Positions 47,043 through 56,647 of a stretch of 64,000 nucleotides of DNA are shown one piece after another. Below the pieces are notes generated by a model, which was not told the origin of the DNA, did no database searches, and was given only the letters and a program-made list of their open reading frames with translations. The stretch comes from Candidatus Eiseniibacteriota bacterium. Lineage in GTDB: Bacteria > Eisenbacteria > RBG-16-71-46. Position 1 is the stretch's first letter; every line of letters starts with the position of its first letter. The position numbers and the translations under genes are program-made. The DNA is taken from positions 1,708-65,707 of the forward strand of contig JANYBS010000031.1 in NCBI GenBank assembly GCA_025360715.1. Reading direction: 5' to 3'.

Positions 47043-49071
47043 GCGCGCGCGCCTGCAGGGCGCCGGAGTCGACACCGGCGGCACATTCACCGACTTCGTG
47101 CTCTGGCAAGGCGGCCAACGCGTGGCGTTCAAGGTGCCCTCCACGCCAGCGGCGCCCGAACAGGCGGTGCTCACGGGCCTCGCGCGCGCAGGCAGCACGC
47201 GCATCACACCGGTGCGGCACGGCTCCACCGTGGCGACGAACGCATTGCTCGAGCGCAAGGGCGCGCGCGTGGTGTTCGTGACCACGCAGGGGTTTGAAGA
47301 CCTGCTCGAGATCGGTCGTCAGGACCGGCCCGACCTGTACGCACTGGACCCGCACCGCACGCCGCCGCTGGTGCCCGCCGCGCGCCGCATCGGCGTGGCC
47401 GAGCGCATCGAAGCCGGCGGCCGCGTGCGCGTGGCGCTCACGTCGCGTGAGATCGCGCGCGTGACGGCCCGTGTACGCGCGCTGCGGCCCGAAGCCATCG
47501 CGATCGGCCTGCTGCACTCCTACGCCGCTCCGCGGCACGAGCGATCGCTGGCCCGTGCGCTGCGCAAGCTCGGCGTGCCCGTGAGCGTGAGCAGCGAACT
47601 GGCGCCCGAGATCCGCGAGTACGAGCGCTTCGCCACGACGGTCGCGAACGCATTCCTGGCGCCGCGCATGGACGCCTACATGAGTGCCCTTGCGGCAAGC
47701 GGCCGTGGGCGCTTCGAGATCGTGCTGTCGCATGGCGGCACCGCACCGCCGGCGCAGGCGGCGCGCGAGCCGGTGCGCCAACTGCTCAGCGGCCCCGCGG
47801 CGGGTTTACGCGCGGCGCTCCGTGCGGCGCGCGATGCGGGCTTCGCGGCGGCACTCACGCTCGATGTGGGCGGGACCTCCACAGACTGCGCGTGGTTGGG
47901 CGGCGACGACCAAGCCCCGGGCGCAGGCCGCGACGCACTGCCGCGCCGCCGTGCGCGCGAGGTGGGCGGTGTGCCGGTGCTGCTGCCCACGCTCGATGTG
48001 CACACGGTCGGCGCGGGCGGCGGGTCGATCGCGTACGTGGACGCGGGCGGCATGCTGCAGGTCGGCCCGCAGAGTGCCGGCGCCGATCCCGGGCCCGCCT
48101 GCTATGGCCGCGGCGGCCCTGCGACGGTCACCGACGCGCTGGTGGTGCTGGGCCGCATCCCCGGCGAGAGCATCGCGGGCGGCGCGCTGGCGCTGGATCG
48201 CGCAGCGGCGCTCGCGGCGCTCACGCGGCTCGGGCGCGCGATGAACCGCGATGCCCGCGCGGCGGCCGAGGGCGTGATCGCGGTGGCCGATGCGCGCATG
48301 GAAGCGGCCCTGCGAAAGGTGAGTATCGAGCGCGGCCAGGATCCGCGCGCCGCGGCGCTCGTGGCCTATGGCGGCGGCGGCGCGTTGCACGCATGCGCGC
48401 TGGCGCAAGCGCTGGGCGCGCAGGCCGTGGTGTGGCCCGAGCACGCAGGCGTGCTGTGCGCGCTGGGCGCGTTGGAGGGCGGCGCGCGGCGCGAGGCGAG
48501 CCGCACGGTCTTGCTGCCCGCGCGCCCGCAAGCGCCACTCGCGCGCGAGATCGTAGCGCTCGAGCGGCGCGTGCGCGCACGCTTCGGCGCTGGCGAACGC
48601 CGCCGGGTGAGGCTCGAGCGCTGGGCCGAGGTGCGCTACCGCGGCCAGGCGCATGAGCTAAGCGTGCCGGCGGATGATCTTGGAGCGTTGGAGACGCGCT
48701 TTCATGAAGCGCACGCGCGGCGCTTCGGTTACGCCGACCGCACGCGCGAGGTGATCGTGGTCACGCTCGAGGTGCGCGGCGAAGTGGCGAGCGAGTTGCC
48801 ACGTCCGGCGCCGCGTCCGGTGCCGAGACGCCGCGCGGTGGCGGCAGCGGCGCGCGCGTACACGCTCGTGCGCCACGCCGGCCGCGACGTGCGCGCAGGC
48901 TTGTTCGCACGCGCCGCACTCGCGCCCGGCGCGCGCTTGCGCGGCCCGGCGATCGTGCTCGATGCCGGCGCGACCTGCTGGTTGCCGCCGGACTGGAGCG
49001 CCCGCGTGACACCGCACGGCGCGCTGCTCGCGACACGTGCGAGCATGCCGCGCAAGGGGAGGGCGCAATGA
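47029..49071 (+). CDS. Hydantoinase/oxoprolinase family subunit A (HyuA-like)
   Basis: ATG at Met 21. GVDTGGTFTDFV; ATP-dependent hydantoinase A fold. Confidence 0.85.
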   Translation: MPPRERARLQGAGVDTGGTFTDFVLWQGGQRVAFKVPSTPAAPEQAVLTGLARAGSTRITPVRHGSTVATNALLERKGARVVFVTTQGFEDLLEIGRQDRPDLYALDPHRTPPLVPAARRIGVAERIEAGGRVRVALTSREIARVTARVRALRPEAIAIGLLHSYAAPRHERSLARALRKLGVPVSVSSELAPEIREYERFATTVANAFLAPRMDAYMSALAASGRGRFEIVLSHGGTAPPAQAAREPVRQLLSGPAAGLRAALRAARDAGFAAALTLDVGGTSTDCAWLGGDDQAPGAGRDALPRRRAREVGGVPVLLPTLDVHTVGAGGGSIAYVDAGGMLQVGPQSAGADPGPACYGRGGPATVTDALVVLGRIPGESIAGGALALDRAAALAALTRLGRAMNRDARAAAEGVIAVADARMEAALRKVSIERGQDPRAAALVAYGGGGALHACALAQALGAQAVVWPEHAGVLCALGALEGGARREASRTVLLPARPQAPLAREIVALERRVRARFGAGERRRVRLERWAEVRYRGQAHELSVPADDLGALETRFHEAHARRFGYADRTREVIVVTLEVRGEVASELPRPAPRPVPRRRAVAAAARAYTLVRHAGRDVRAGLFARAALAPGARLRGPAIVLDAGATCWLPPDWSARVTPHGALLATRASMPRKGRAQ

Positions 49072-49127
49072 GAAAGGCGGCCAAGTCACGCGCCTCGCGG
49101 CCGGAGGTCGCGAAGAATCGCCATTCG

Positions 49128-50783
49128 ATGGACGCGGTCCAGCTCTCGCTCTTCCAGGGCCTCTTCGCCGCGGCCGCCGAGGAGATGGGCGCCACGCTGC
49201 AGCGCGCCGCTCACTCGCCCAACATCACCGAGCGGCTGGACCATTCATGCGCCATTTTCGATCGCGATGCGCGACTCGTCGCGCAGGCCGCGCACATCCC
49301 CGTGCACCTGGGCAGCATGCCGCGCGCGGTCGAGGCGGCGCTCGAGGTGGGCCCGCTCGAGCCCGGCGACATCGTGCTGCTCAACGACCCATTCGCAGGC
49401 GGCACGCACCTGCCGGATCTGACGCTCGTGAGCGGTGCTTTTCTAGATGAGAAGATTCTGGCCTCCGGCCGGGCGGCTCGCGGCAGCGTCCGAGGCGCCG
49501 CGCCGCGTGCTCACTTCTACCTCGCGTCCCGCGCGCATCACGCCGACGTCGGCGGCGCGGCGCCCGGATCTCTTCCCATCGCCCGCGAAGTGTATGAGGA
49601 AGGCCTGCGCATCCCGCCGGTGTTCCTGGTGCGCGGCGGCGTGGTGCAGCGCGATGTGATGGCGCTGCTGCTCGCCAACGTGCGCACGGCCGATGAGCGC
49701 CGCGCCGACCTGGCGGCGCAGCAAGGCGCGCAGGCCACGGGCGAGCGGCGGCTACGAGAACTCGCCGCGCGCGTGGGCGCCGCGACGCTTGTGCAAGCGG
49801 CCGACGCGCTACTCGCCGCCACCGAACGCCGCAGTCGCGCTGCGCTGCGCCGCCTGCCGCGCGGCACGTGGCGCGCCCAGGACGTGCTCGACGGCGATGG
49901 ACTGGTGCCCGGCGAGGTCCGGATCCGCGCGACGCTCACGATCGGCGGCGGCCGCGCGCGAGTGGACTTCACCGGCAGCGCGCCGCAGACGCGCGGGCCC
50001 GTGAACGCGGTGGCCGCCGTGACGCGCGCCGCCACGCTCTACGTGGTGCGTTGCGTGCTGGCCGAGGATATTGCGGTGAATGACGGACTTCTGCGATGCA
50101 TCGAGGTCATCGCGCCCGCGGGCAGCGTCGTGAATCCGTTGCCGCCCGCGGCGGTGGGCGCGGGCAATGTGGAAACCTCGCAGCGCATCGTCGACACGGT
50201 AATGCGCGCATTCGCCAAGGCGCTGCCCGGCCGCGTGCCCGCGGCGAGCAACGGGACCATGAACAATCTGCTCATCGGCGGCACCGACCCGCGCACCGGC
50301 CGCGCGTTCGCGTACTACGAGACGCTGGGTGGCGGTCACGGCGCCGGGCCATCGTGGGATGGCGAGAGCGCCATGCAGGCGCACATGACGAACACGCGCA
50401 ACACGCCCATCGAGACACTCGAGCACGCGTATCCCGTACACGCGGTGGCCACGCGCATCCGCCGCGGCAGCGGCGGCAAGGGCCTGCATACCGGTGGCGA
50501 CGGCATCGAGCGCGCGCTCGAGATGCGCGCCGATGTGCGGGTGACGGTCATCTCGGAGCGCCGCGCCCGCGGCCCGTGGGGCCTCGCCGGGGGCGAAAGC
50601 GGCCAGTGCGGTGTCACGCAGGTTCGGGAGGGGGGAACGCAGGCCAAGCCCCGCACGCTTCCCGCCAAGTTCACGTTTGACCTGCGCACAGGCGACGTAT
50701 TGACTGTGGCCAGTCCCGGCGGCGGCGGCTATGGTCGCCCGCGCGCCCCCAAGTCGTCCCGCCGCCCCGTGCGGCGGGGATGA
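49128..50783 (+). CDS. Hydantoinase/oxoprolinase family subunit B (HyuB-like)
   Basis: Start at Met 21, matching the family N-terminus MDAVQLSLFQG...EEMG..L.R.A.SPNI. An alternative ATG at 49068 overlaps the hyuA stop (ATGA). Confidence 0.82.
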   Translation: MDAVQLSLFQGLFAAAAEEMGATLQRAAHSPNITERLDHSCAIFDRDARLVAQAAHIPVHLGSMPRAVEAALEVGPLEPGDIVLLNDPFAGGTHLPDLTLVSGAFLDEKILASGRAARGSVRGAAPRAHFYLASRAHHADVGGAAPGSLPIAREVYEEGLRIPPVFLVRGGVVQRDVMALLLANVRTADERRADLAAQQGAQATGERRLRELAARVGAATLVQAADALLAATERRSRAALRRLPRGTWRAQDVLDGDGLVPGEVRIRATLTIGGGRARVDFTGSAPQTRGPVNAVAAVTRAATLYVVRCVLAEDIAVNDGLLRCIEVIAPAGSVVNPLPPAAVGAGNVETSQRIVDTVMRAFAKALPGRVPAASNGTMNNLLIGGTDPRTGRAFAYYETLGGGHGAGPSWDGESAMQAHMTNTRNTPIETLEHAYPVHAVATRIRRGSGGKGLHTGGDGIERALEMRADVRVTVISERRARGPWGLAGGESGQCGVTQVREGGTQAKPRTLPAKFTFDLRTGDVLTVASPGGGGYGRPRAPKSSRRPVRRG

Positions 50784-50817
50784 AGCTGTCATCATCCGCC
50801 CATTCCCCGAGGTCCGC

Positions 50818-52038
50818 ATGCGTCGAATGTTGCGCGTGTTCCCGGTCGCGCTGCTGGCGATCAGTCTTGTCTCGCTCGCGCTGAGCCCCAAGCCGGGCCA
50901 GAGCGTACCGCTCTACGCCGCCCGCACGGGCCTCATGTGCCAGAGCTGCCACTTCGATCCCAACGGCGGCGGTCCCCGCAACGAGTTCGGCTTCAACTAC
51001 GCCAAGAACCGACATTCGCTCGAGGCCGACACGACGGGCGAGTGGAAGGACCTGGACCTGAGCAACCGAGTGAGCGCGAACTTCCCGCTGTATTTTGGTT
51101 TGAACCAGCGCTTCATGTTGCTCAGCGACCAGCTCGCCAAGAGCAGCGGCGTCGATCGCGCGGGCTTCTACAATATGGAGAACGCGATCTACACCACGTT
51201 CCAGCCGCACTCGCGCCTCACGCTCGTGTACTCGCGCGACGGCTTCAACTCGGGTTCCACGACCAAGGACGCGTTCGGCCTGATCGGCGTGACGCCCGAC
51301 ATCTATCTGAAAGCCGGCCAGTTCCGCACGCCGTTCGGCTTGCGCATGGACGACCACACGGTCGCCACGCGCAATGCGTTCCTCGACGTGATCGGTGGTC
51401 CCGGCTTCCTTCCTTACGACCCGCGCCGCCCGGATCAGGGCCTCGAAGTGGGCGGCAGCCACGGCAGCATGTTCGGCCGCGTCGCCATCTTGAACGGCCT
51501 GTCGAACCCGCTCGGCAGCGAGCCCAACCACGCACAGGCCGTGGCCGCCAAGCTGGGCGGCAACATGGCGCACTACCAGGGCGCGTTCTCGTTCTACGAC
51601 GACTGGAGCGATCTTGGCGCCGGCAACGGCAACCTGCGCCAGACGCGCTGGGGCTATTACGCGCTCACGCACGCGGGCAAGTTCGCGCTGCTGGGCGAGG
51701 CCGCCGCGGGCACCGACAAGATCAAGAACGACTCGGCGCCGCAGGGCGCGGCCACGAACAGCCTGGCCGCATGGGGCGAGGTCGACTGGACGCCCGAGCG
51801 CGAGTACAACGTGCGCGTGCGTGTGGACCATCTGGAACTCGACCGCGCGAGCGACAAGACGATCAAGGACCTGAATTCCTTCAACCGTTACTCACTGGAA
51901 GGCGAGTGGGTGCCGGTGCCCTTCGCCGAGATCCGCTGGGCTTTCCGCCTGATCGATCCGGTCGCGAAGGTCGACTTGTCGAACCAGGAACTCAAGACCG
52001 AGAAGCAGGGTTTCGTGCAGTTCCATTTCTCATACTGA
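50818..52038 (+). CDS. Putative outer-membrane beta-barrel protein with N-terminal CxxCH motif
   Basis: ATG at Met 30. Signal peptide MRRMLRVFPVALLAISLVSLALS. LMCQSCHFDPNGGG directly after the signal peptide. C-terminal ...FVQFHFSY ends in an aromatic residue. Confidence 0.55.
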   Translation: MRRMLRVFPVALLAISLVSLALSPKPGQSVPLYAARTGLMCQSCHFDPNGGGPRNEFGFNYAKNRHSLEADTTGEWKDLDLSNRVSANFPLYFGLNQRFMLLSDQLAKSSGVDRAGFYNMENAIYTTFQPHSRLTLVYSRDGFNSGSTTKDAFGLIGVTPDIYLKAGQFRTPFGLRMDDHTVATRNAFLDVIGGPGFLPYDPRRPDQGLEVGGSHGSMFGRVAILNGLSNPLGSEPNHAQAVAAKLGGNMAHYQGAFSFYDDWSDLGAGNGNLRQTRWGYYALTHAGKFALLGEAAAGTDKIKNDSAPQGAATNSLAAWGEVDWTPEREYNVRVRVDHLELDRASDKTIKDLNSFNRYSLEGEWVPVPFAEIRWAFRLIDPVAKVDLSNQELKTEKQGFVQFHFSY

Positions 52039-52136
52039 CGCACGGATCTTCGCAAGCGCGCAACACACACGAACGCCGCCGGGCACGTAACCCCGGCGGC
52101 GTCGTGTTGTGGTTCGGCGTCCTTGCCGAGTGAGAC

Positions 52137-54839
52137 TCACGCAGCCTTGGCCACGTTCTCCTTGTCATCCTCTTCCGCTTCGTCACGCTCGCCATCCGCT
52201 TCATCGCGCGCCACCAGCGAGATGGCGGACTTCACCTTGGCCGAGCTATTGCGCTCATCCCGAAGGCTGTCGATCGCGGCGTCGGCCTGCTTCAGCAGGA
52301 ACTGCAGGCTGCCGGTCTTCTCCACCGCCTGTTCGACCAGCGCGCGCTGGCCATGCAGGGCTTCCAGGTTCGAGCGCAGGTCGGTAAGCAGGCTTTCGCT
52401 GCGCGCCAGCCGTTCCTCGGCGCGCGTGAGCTGGCGCTTGCGCTCATCGAGAGTGCTCGTGGTCTCCTCCAGGCCCTGCAGCTGCTCGCGGACATTCTCG
52501 AGCTGCTCGCGGGCCTGCGACATCTCGCCGTGCGCCGATGCGATCTCGCGCACGTGCCCGGCGGTCTCGCTCGTGAGCGTGATCATGCGATCGAGCTCAG
52601 CCTGCAGCGAGCCCACCGTCGCCTGACGCGCCGCGATCTCCTCGAGCGCCTGCGACACGTTGGTGTCGGCCACCTCCCAGGACGCCAGCTTTCGCTCGAA
52701 CGTGTCGAACCGCTTCTGCACCGTGTTCAGGCTTGTCGAGCGCTGCTCCAGCTCGCCGGCCAGACGGCCCAGATCGGTCGCCTGCACCTGCGCGATCTTG
52801 AGATCCGACGACAGCTGCGTGCGCGTCTCGGCCAACTGCTGCGCCAGCGTGGACGCCTCTTCGCGCAAGGTCGCCGCACGCTCGAGTTCCTGCGCGCTGG
52901 ACTGCAGCGACTTCGCGCGCTGCTCGATCTCCTTCTTGAGCGCCTGCGTCTTGCCGGCCAGGGCCTCGACCGACTCACAGCGCGCCGCGACGGCGTCGAG
53001 TGTCTGCAGCACGGCGTTGCTCTTGTCCTTGGCGCCCGCGACTTCGCTCGCCACCGCGGCCATGGTCATCGTCATCTTTTCCGCAACCTCCGCCTGTTCG
53101 TGCAATGCCACGAAGTGCTGCTCGGCGGCCTCCATGCGAGTGGCCAGCTGCTGGCCGCGCTCGTCCAGACGCTTGGCCTGCGACGCGAACTCGGTCATGC
53201 GGCGGTTCAGGTCTTCGGTGAACTCGCGCTTGGCTTCGATCTGGCTCATGGCCTCACCGATGCGCTGAGTCTGCGCTTCGATGAACCCCAGCGTCGCTGC
53301 CTTCTCCTGCAACGTAGCGGCCTGAGTGCGCATCTCGGCCAGCGACTGCTGCACGTTCGCGAGCCACGTGCGCGTCTCGGCCTGCGTGCCGCGCATGCCG
53401 TCGTACTCTTCGCGAGCGCCTTTCGCCTGGTCCCACGCCTCACGCACCGCTGCATGCGACGACGCAAGCGAGTGGAGGTCGGCAAGACCCGAGTCGAGCG
53501 CCGGACGGGCGTCTTCGATGGCGCGCACACGCGCGTGCAGCTCGTTGGCGAACTCGATCGCCTCGGCCAGACCCTGCTGGAGGCCCGAGAGCTTCGCGAT
53601 CTCGCCCTCGAGCGAGTTGGCCTCGTCGGCGATGTGTTTGAGCCGTGCGTCCAGGCTCTGGGTCTGCGACAGCAGTTCATTCATGTTTCGGCTGGATTCG
53701 GTCAGCGGACGGAAGCGCGTCTCGCATTCGGTCACCGAGTTGCGCAGGTCAGCCACGCGCTGCGTGACGCTCTCCAGGCCGCGACGCTCGAAGTCGAACC
53801 GCTCGACCGTCTTTCGCGACTCGTCCGTTACAGCGGCCAGCTCTTCGCGGGCCTGCGCCGTGCGCGAGTCGACTTCTTGCTGGAACGCCGTGATCTCGCC
53901 CGAGCGCTCGAGCACGGACTCGTGCAAGTTGCGCAAGGAGCCGACCTGCTCCTGAAGCGACGCCAGCGCGGCTTCGTTCGTCTTCTGCTGCTGCACATGT
54001 TCGGCCAGCTGCCGCATGGCGCGGTCCAGATGCTCCGACTGCGCGAGCGCGCGATCCACCGAGTCGCGCTGGGCTTCGAGCGCGATCGTCTTCTGCTGCA
54101 CGAGGTCGGCCAGCGTCTTGAGCCCATGGAGTTCGCGGCGCATCTCGTCGGCGCGCGTCTGCACGCCGTCCATGCCACGCACGGCCTGCTCCACACCCGA
54201 GAGGCGGCGCTCCTTGTCCTGGATCGAGCGGCCCAACTCATCGCGGCGGCGATCGAGTGCTTCCATCTTGGTGAGCGCCAGCTTGTTCGCATCGAGCAGG
54301 CGGTCATGCTGTTCACGCAGGCGCGTCATCTGCTCGCCCGAGCCTTCGACCTGCGTGCGCAGCGTGTCGGCCTCGGCGCGCAGCGCCTGGATGGGCTTGT
54401 CGGTCTGCATGAAGATGTCGATCTGCGCCTTGAGCGCTTCGGCCTGTTCGGCCTTCTGCGCCAGCGATTCCATGATCGTGAGTGTGTTCTGTGAATCCTC
54501 GGCCAGGCGCGCGAGCTGCGAAGTGGCGGCCTCGTGCTTGGCGCTCATCTCCTCGGCACGCGCATCGAGGTTCTCGTACAGAGTAGAGAGACGCGTGACG
54601 CCCTCCAAGCGCTGCTCGATCTCGGCCAGGCGCTGCATCACCGTGTCGGCGGCATCGCCGGCCTTGGCGAGCGGCGTCTGGATGGCTTCGAGCCGTTGCG
54701 CAGCCACGGCGCCCGAATCCACCAGGCCGGCGTAGCGGTCGCGTTCCTTGCGCATCTCCTCAAGGAGCGTGCGCATCTCTTCGCCGAGCTCCTTCTCATT
54801 CGTCGTGTTGCCGAGCAGGTTCTTGAACAAGGAGGCCAT
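52137..54839 (-). CDS. 900-aa coiled-coil protein without recognisable NTPase motifs
   Basis: AGGAGA RBS plus ATG at Met 207 of the track ORF (MASLFKNLLGN...). Heptad-rich E/Q/L/A/R sequence throughout. Acidic C-terminal tail. The upstream 206 codons of the track ORF are Arg-rich. Confidence 0.7.
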   Translation of the reverse strand: MASLFKNLLGNTTNEKELGEEMRTLLEEMRKERDRYAGLVDSGAVAAQRLEAIQTPLAKAGDAADTVMQRLAEIEQRLEGVTRLSTLYENLDARAEEMSAKHEAATSQLARLAEDSQNTLTIMESLAQKAEQAEALKAQIDIFMQTDKPIQALRAEADTLRTQVEGSGEQMTRLREQHDRLLDANKLALTKMEALDRRRDELGRSIQDKERRLSGVEQAVRGMDGVQTRADEMRRELHGLKTLADLVQQKTIALEAQRDSVDRALAQSEHLDRAMRQLAEHVQQQKTNEAALASLQEQVGSLRNLHESVLERSGEITAFQQEVDSRTAQAREELAAVTDESRKTVERFDFERRGLESVTQRVADLRNSVTECETRFRPLTESSRNMNELLSQTQSLDARLKHIADEANSLEGEIAKLSGLQQGLAEAIEFANELHARVRAIEDARPALDSGLADLHSLASSHAAVREAWDQAKGAREEYDGMRGTQAETRTWLANVQQSLAEMRTQAATLQEKAATLGFIEAQTQRIGEAMSQIEAKREFTEDLNRRMTEFASQAKRLDERGQQLATRMEAAEQHFVALHEQAEVAEKMTMTMAAVASEVAGAKDKSNAVLQTLDAVAARCESVEALAGKTQALKKEIEQRAKSLQSSAQELERAATLREEASTLAQQLAETRTQLSSDLKIAQVQATDLGRLAGELEQRSTSLNTVQKRFDTFERKLASWEVADTNVSQALEEIAARQATVGSLQAELDRMITLTSETAGHVREIASAHGEMSQAREQLENVREQLQGLEETTSTLDERKRQLTRAEERLARSESLLTDLRSNLEALHGQRALVEQAVEKTGSLQFLLKQADAAIDSLRDERNSSAKVKSAISLVARDEADGERDEAEEDDKENVAKAA

Positions 54840-55107
54840 CGGGATTCTCCTACGAGCGCGCTCCGCCGGCGCCGTGCAAGGGGCCGTCGATACGGCAGTG
54901 ATGGGGTGACCGGCCCGCGCCCAGAAGGCGACGAGACCAGGACAAGGGAAGCCGGCCGTGCAGAATGCAAGAGCCGGGCCCGGCCGCCCCGCGCGTGCCG
55001 CGCGCTGCGATTGCAGCACTTGCGGGTGCCGCGAGAGCTGCATCTCATGCGCCTGCGGCCAATTGGCAGCCGGTCGGCGGATGGTGGATGGGCGTTGGGC
55101 CATGGGA

Positions 55108-56250
55108 TCAAGGCGTGGCCTTACGCCGCGCGCCTTCGTACTTGGTACCACGAGGAGCGAGATGCTTGAGCACCGCCTTGAGCCGTTCCTCGAGCGTCGC
55201 GCCCGGGATGTCGCCATGGTGGATGCACAGATCGAGCGCTTCGGCCTTCGGCACACCCAGACTGCGCACCCAGGGCAGGAGCTCCTGGGCTCGCTCGACC
55301 TTGGCAGCGTGCTCGGTACGTTCTGCGGCCGCTTGCGCGCGCTTCGATTCGATGAAGCCTGCGCCGAACGCGCGCTTTGCCTCGAACTGATTGTGCGCGC
55401 GGCAGAGCAGGCGCAGGTTGTCGACTGTCGTCTGGCCGCCCTTCGCAAGAGGCACACGGTGGTCGAACTCGATCAGCGCGCGACTCTCGCAACGCCGGCC
55501 ATTGTCGCCGACGAACGTGCACTGGTGGTTGTCTCGCTCGTACACCTCGCGCTGGATCTCGGCCGGAATGTAACGGCCATCACCGTCGCTCGTTCGCTCG
55601 CGCGGAGCGTCCGTCGCGGCGAAGCGCTCGCGCTCGATCTGTTCCACGAGCAACGTGAGCGCGCGCTTCAGGACCTCTTGAGAGTCCTCGAAGCCGACGG
55701 TGTGAGAGAGACCATCGTGCGCGCGGTCGAGTAATTCCTGCACCTCTGGCGAGAGTAAGCCGCGTAGTTCGTGACGCTTAGCGCCTTGCGGTACTCGGTT
55801 TGAACCGAGTTCATCGGCCTCACAGAGCGTGCCCGGGACTCGGTTCAAACCGAGTTCCCGCTCCAGCGCCTGGCGGATCTCGACGCAGCTCTTGCCCGCG
55901 GCGAGTGCCACCAACGCATCCGCGTTGCCGTCGCTCAGGTGCGGGCCGAGCAGGCCGATCGCGCTCAACTCGATGCGACCGTCCGCGATGGCATCGATCA
56001 GCACCGGGTGGCGGCGAGCATGCCGGGCCGCGTGGATGCGACGCGTTGCGGCGTCGTGCGCAAGGCCCAGCTCGCCGCGGCAGTACGCGTACATCGACGG
56101 GTACGCTTCGGGCAGGTAGAGCTGCTGGGCATCGAACTCGCTCAGGTACACGAGGAACATCGCCAAGCTGTAACGGTCACGCTTGAGATACGTGAACATG
56201 CCGCGGCGCAGCTTGGACGGAGCGAGGACATCGACACGATGATGGTGCAT
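55108..56250 (-). CDS. DUF222 plus HNH endonuclease domain protein (REP13E12-like)
   Basis: HNH motif DNHQCTFVGDNGRRCESRALIEFDHRVPLAKGGQTTVDNLRLLCRAHN. Exact start is uncertain: Met 14, 28 and 45 are all possible. Confidence 0.72.
   Translation of the reverse strand: MHHHRVDVLAPSKLRRGMFTYLKRDRYSLAMFLVYLSEFDAQQLYLPEAYPSMYAYCRGELGLAHDAATRRIHAARHARRHPVLIDAIADGRIELSAIGLLGPHLSDGNADALVALAAGKSCVEIRQALERELGLNRVPGTLCEADELGSNRVPQGAKRHELRGLLSPEVQELLDRAHDGLSHTVGFEDSQEVLKRALTLLVEQIERERFAATDAPRERTSDGDGRYIPAEIQREVYERDNHQCTFVGDNGRRCESRALIEFDHRVPLAKGGQTTVDNLRLLCRAHNQFEAKRAFGAGFIESKRAQAAAERTEHAAKVERAQELLPWVRSLGVPKAEALDLCIHHGDIPGATLEERLKAVLKHLAPRGTKYEGARRKATP
55793..55855. repeat. Two 18-bp palindromes, ACTCGGTTTGAACCGAGT and ACTCGGTTCAAACCGAGT, in inverted orientation and 27 bp apart, inside the HNH gene
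   Basis: Read directly; alignment checked against track ORFs 55800 and 55829. Encodes the peptide repeat ELGLNRVPG / ELGSNRVPQG. Confidence 0.6.
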
Positions 56251-56647
56251 GTGAAACCCATCGCGGGGGCGAGTTCGCGGTGGCGTGTGCATTGTCGCAT
56301 GCGTGTTTTCGGCGCTCGTAGAGCCACGCACGCAGCGTTAAGCACGCACTCACGACAACGCGCGAGCGTTCATCGTGTGGGCGGCGCCCATACACGCGAC
56401 AGGCGCGCTACGAACGTGTGGCGTGAGTAGTCTCGATGTGTGTTTGGTGGCTCGCGAAATCCTGTCAAGCCCTGACTCGCGCGCGATCTCGGCCAGCATC
56501 TCAGGCTTCATCCGAGTGAAGGCCGAGAGCATGGACGCCGCTCGCCGGCTGCTCGAGGGCAATCGCTCGTACGAGACCGGCGGGACTGTGGAGATCCGCG
56601 AGCTGTCGCAGGAGTGAAGCGCCACCACCCTACCGAGCGACCTACGC

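Noticed and set aside
54958-55734. 258-aa plus-strand ORF
   Set aside because: Antisense to the DUF222/HNH gene. Low-complexity translation.
56519-56617. Short plus-strand ORF ending ...VKAESMDAARRLLEGNRSYETGGTVEIRELSQE
   Set aside because: Only ~30 residues with a C-terminus-like appearance and no credible start. Left as a possible remnant in a finding rather than annotated as a gene.
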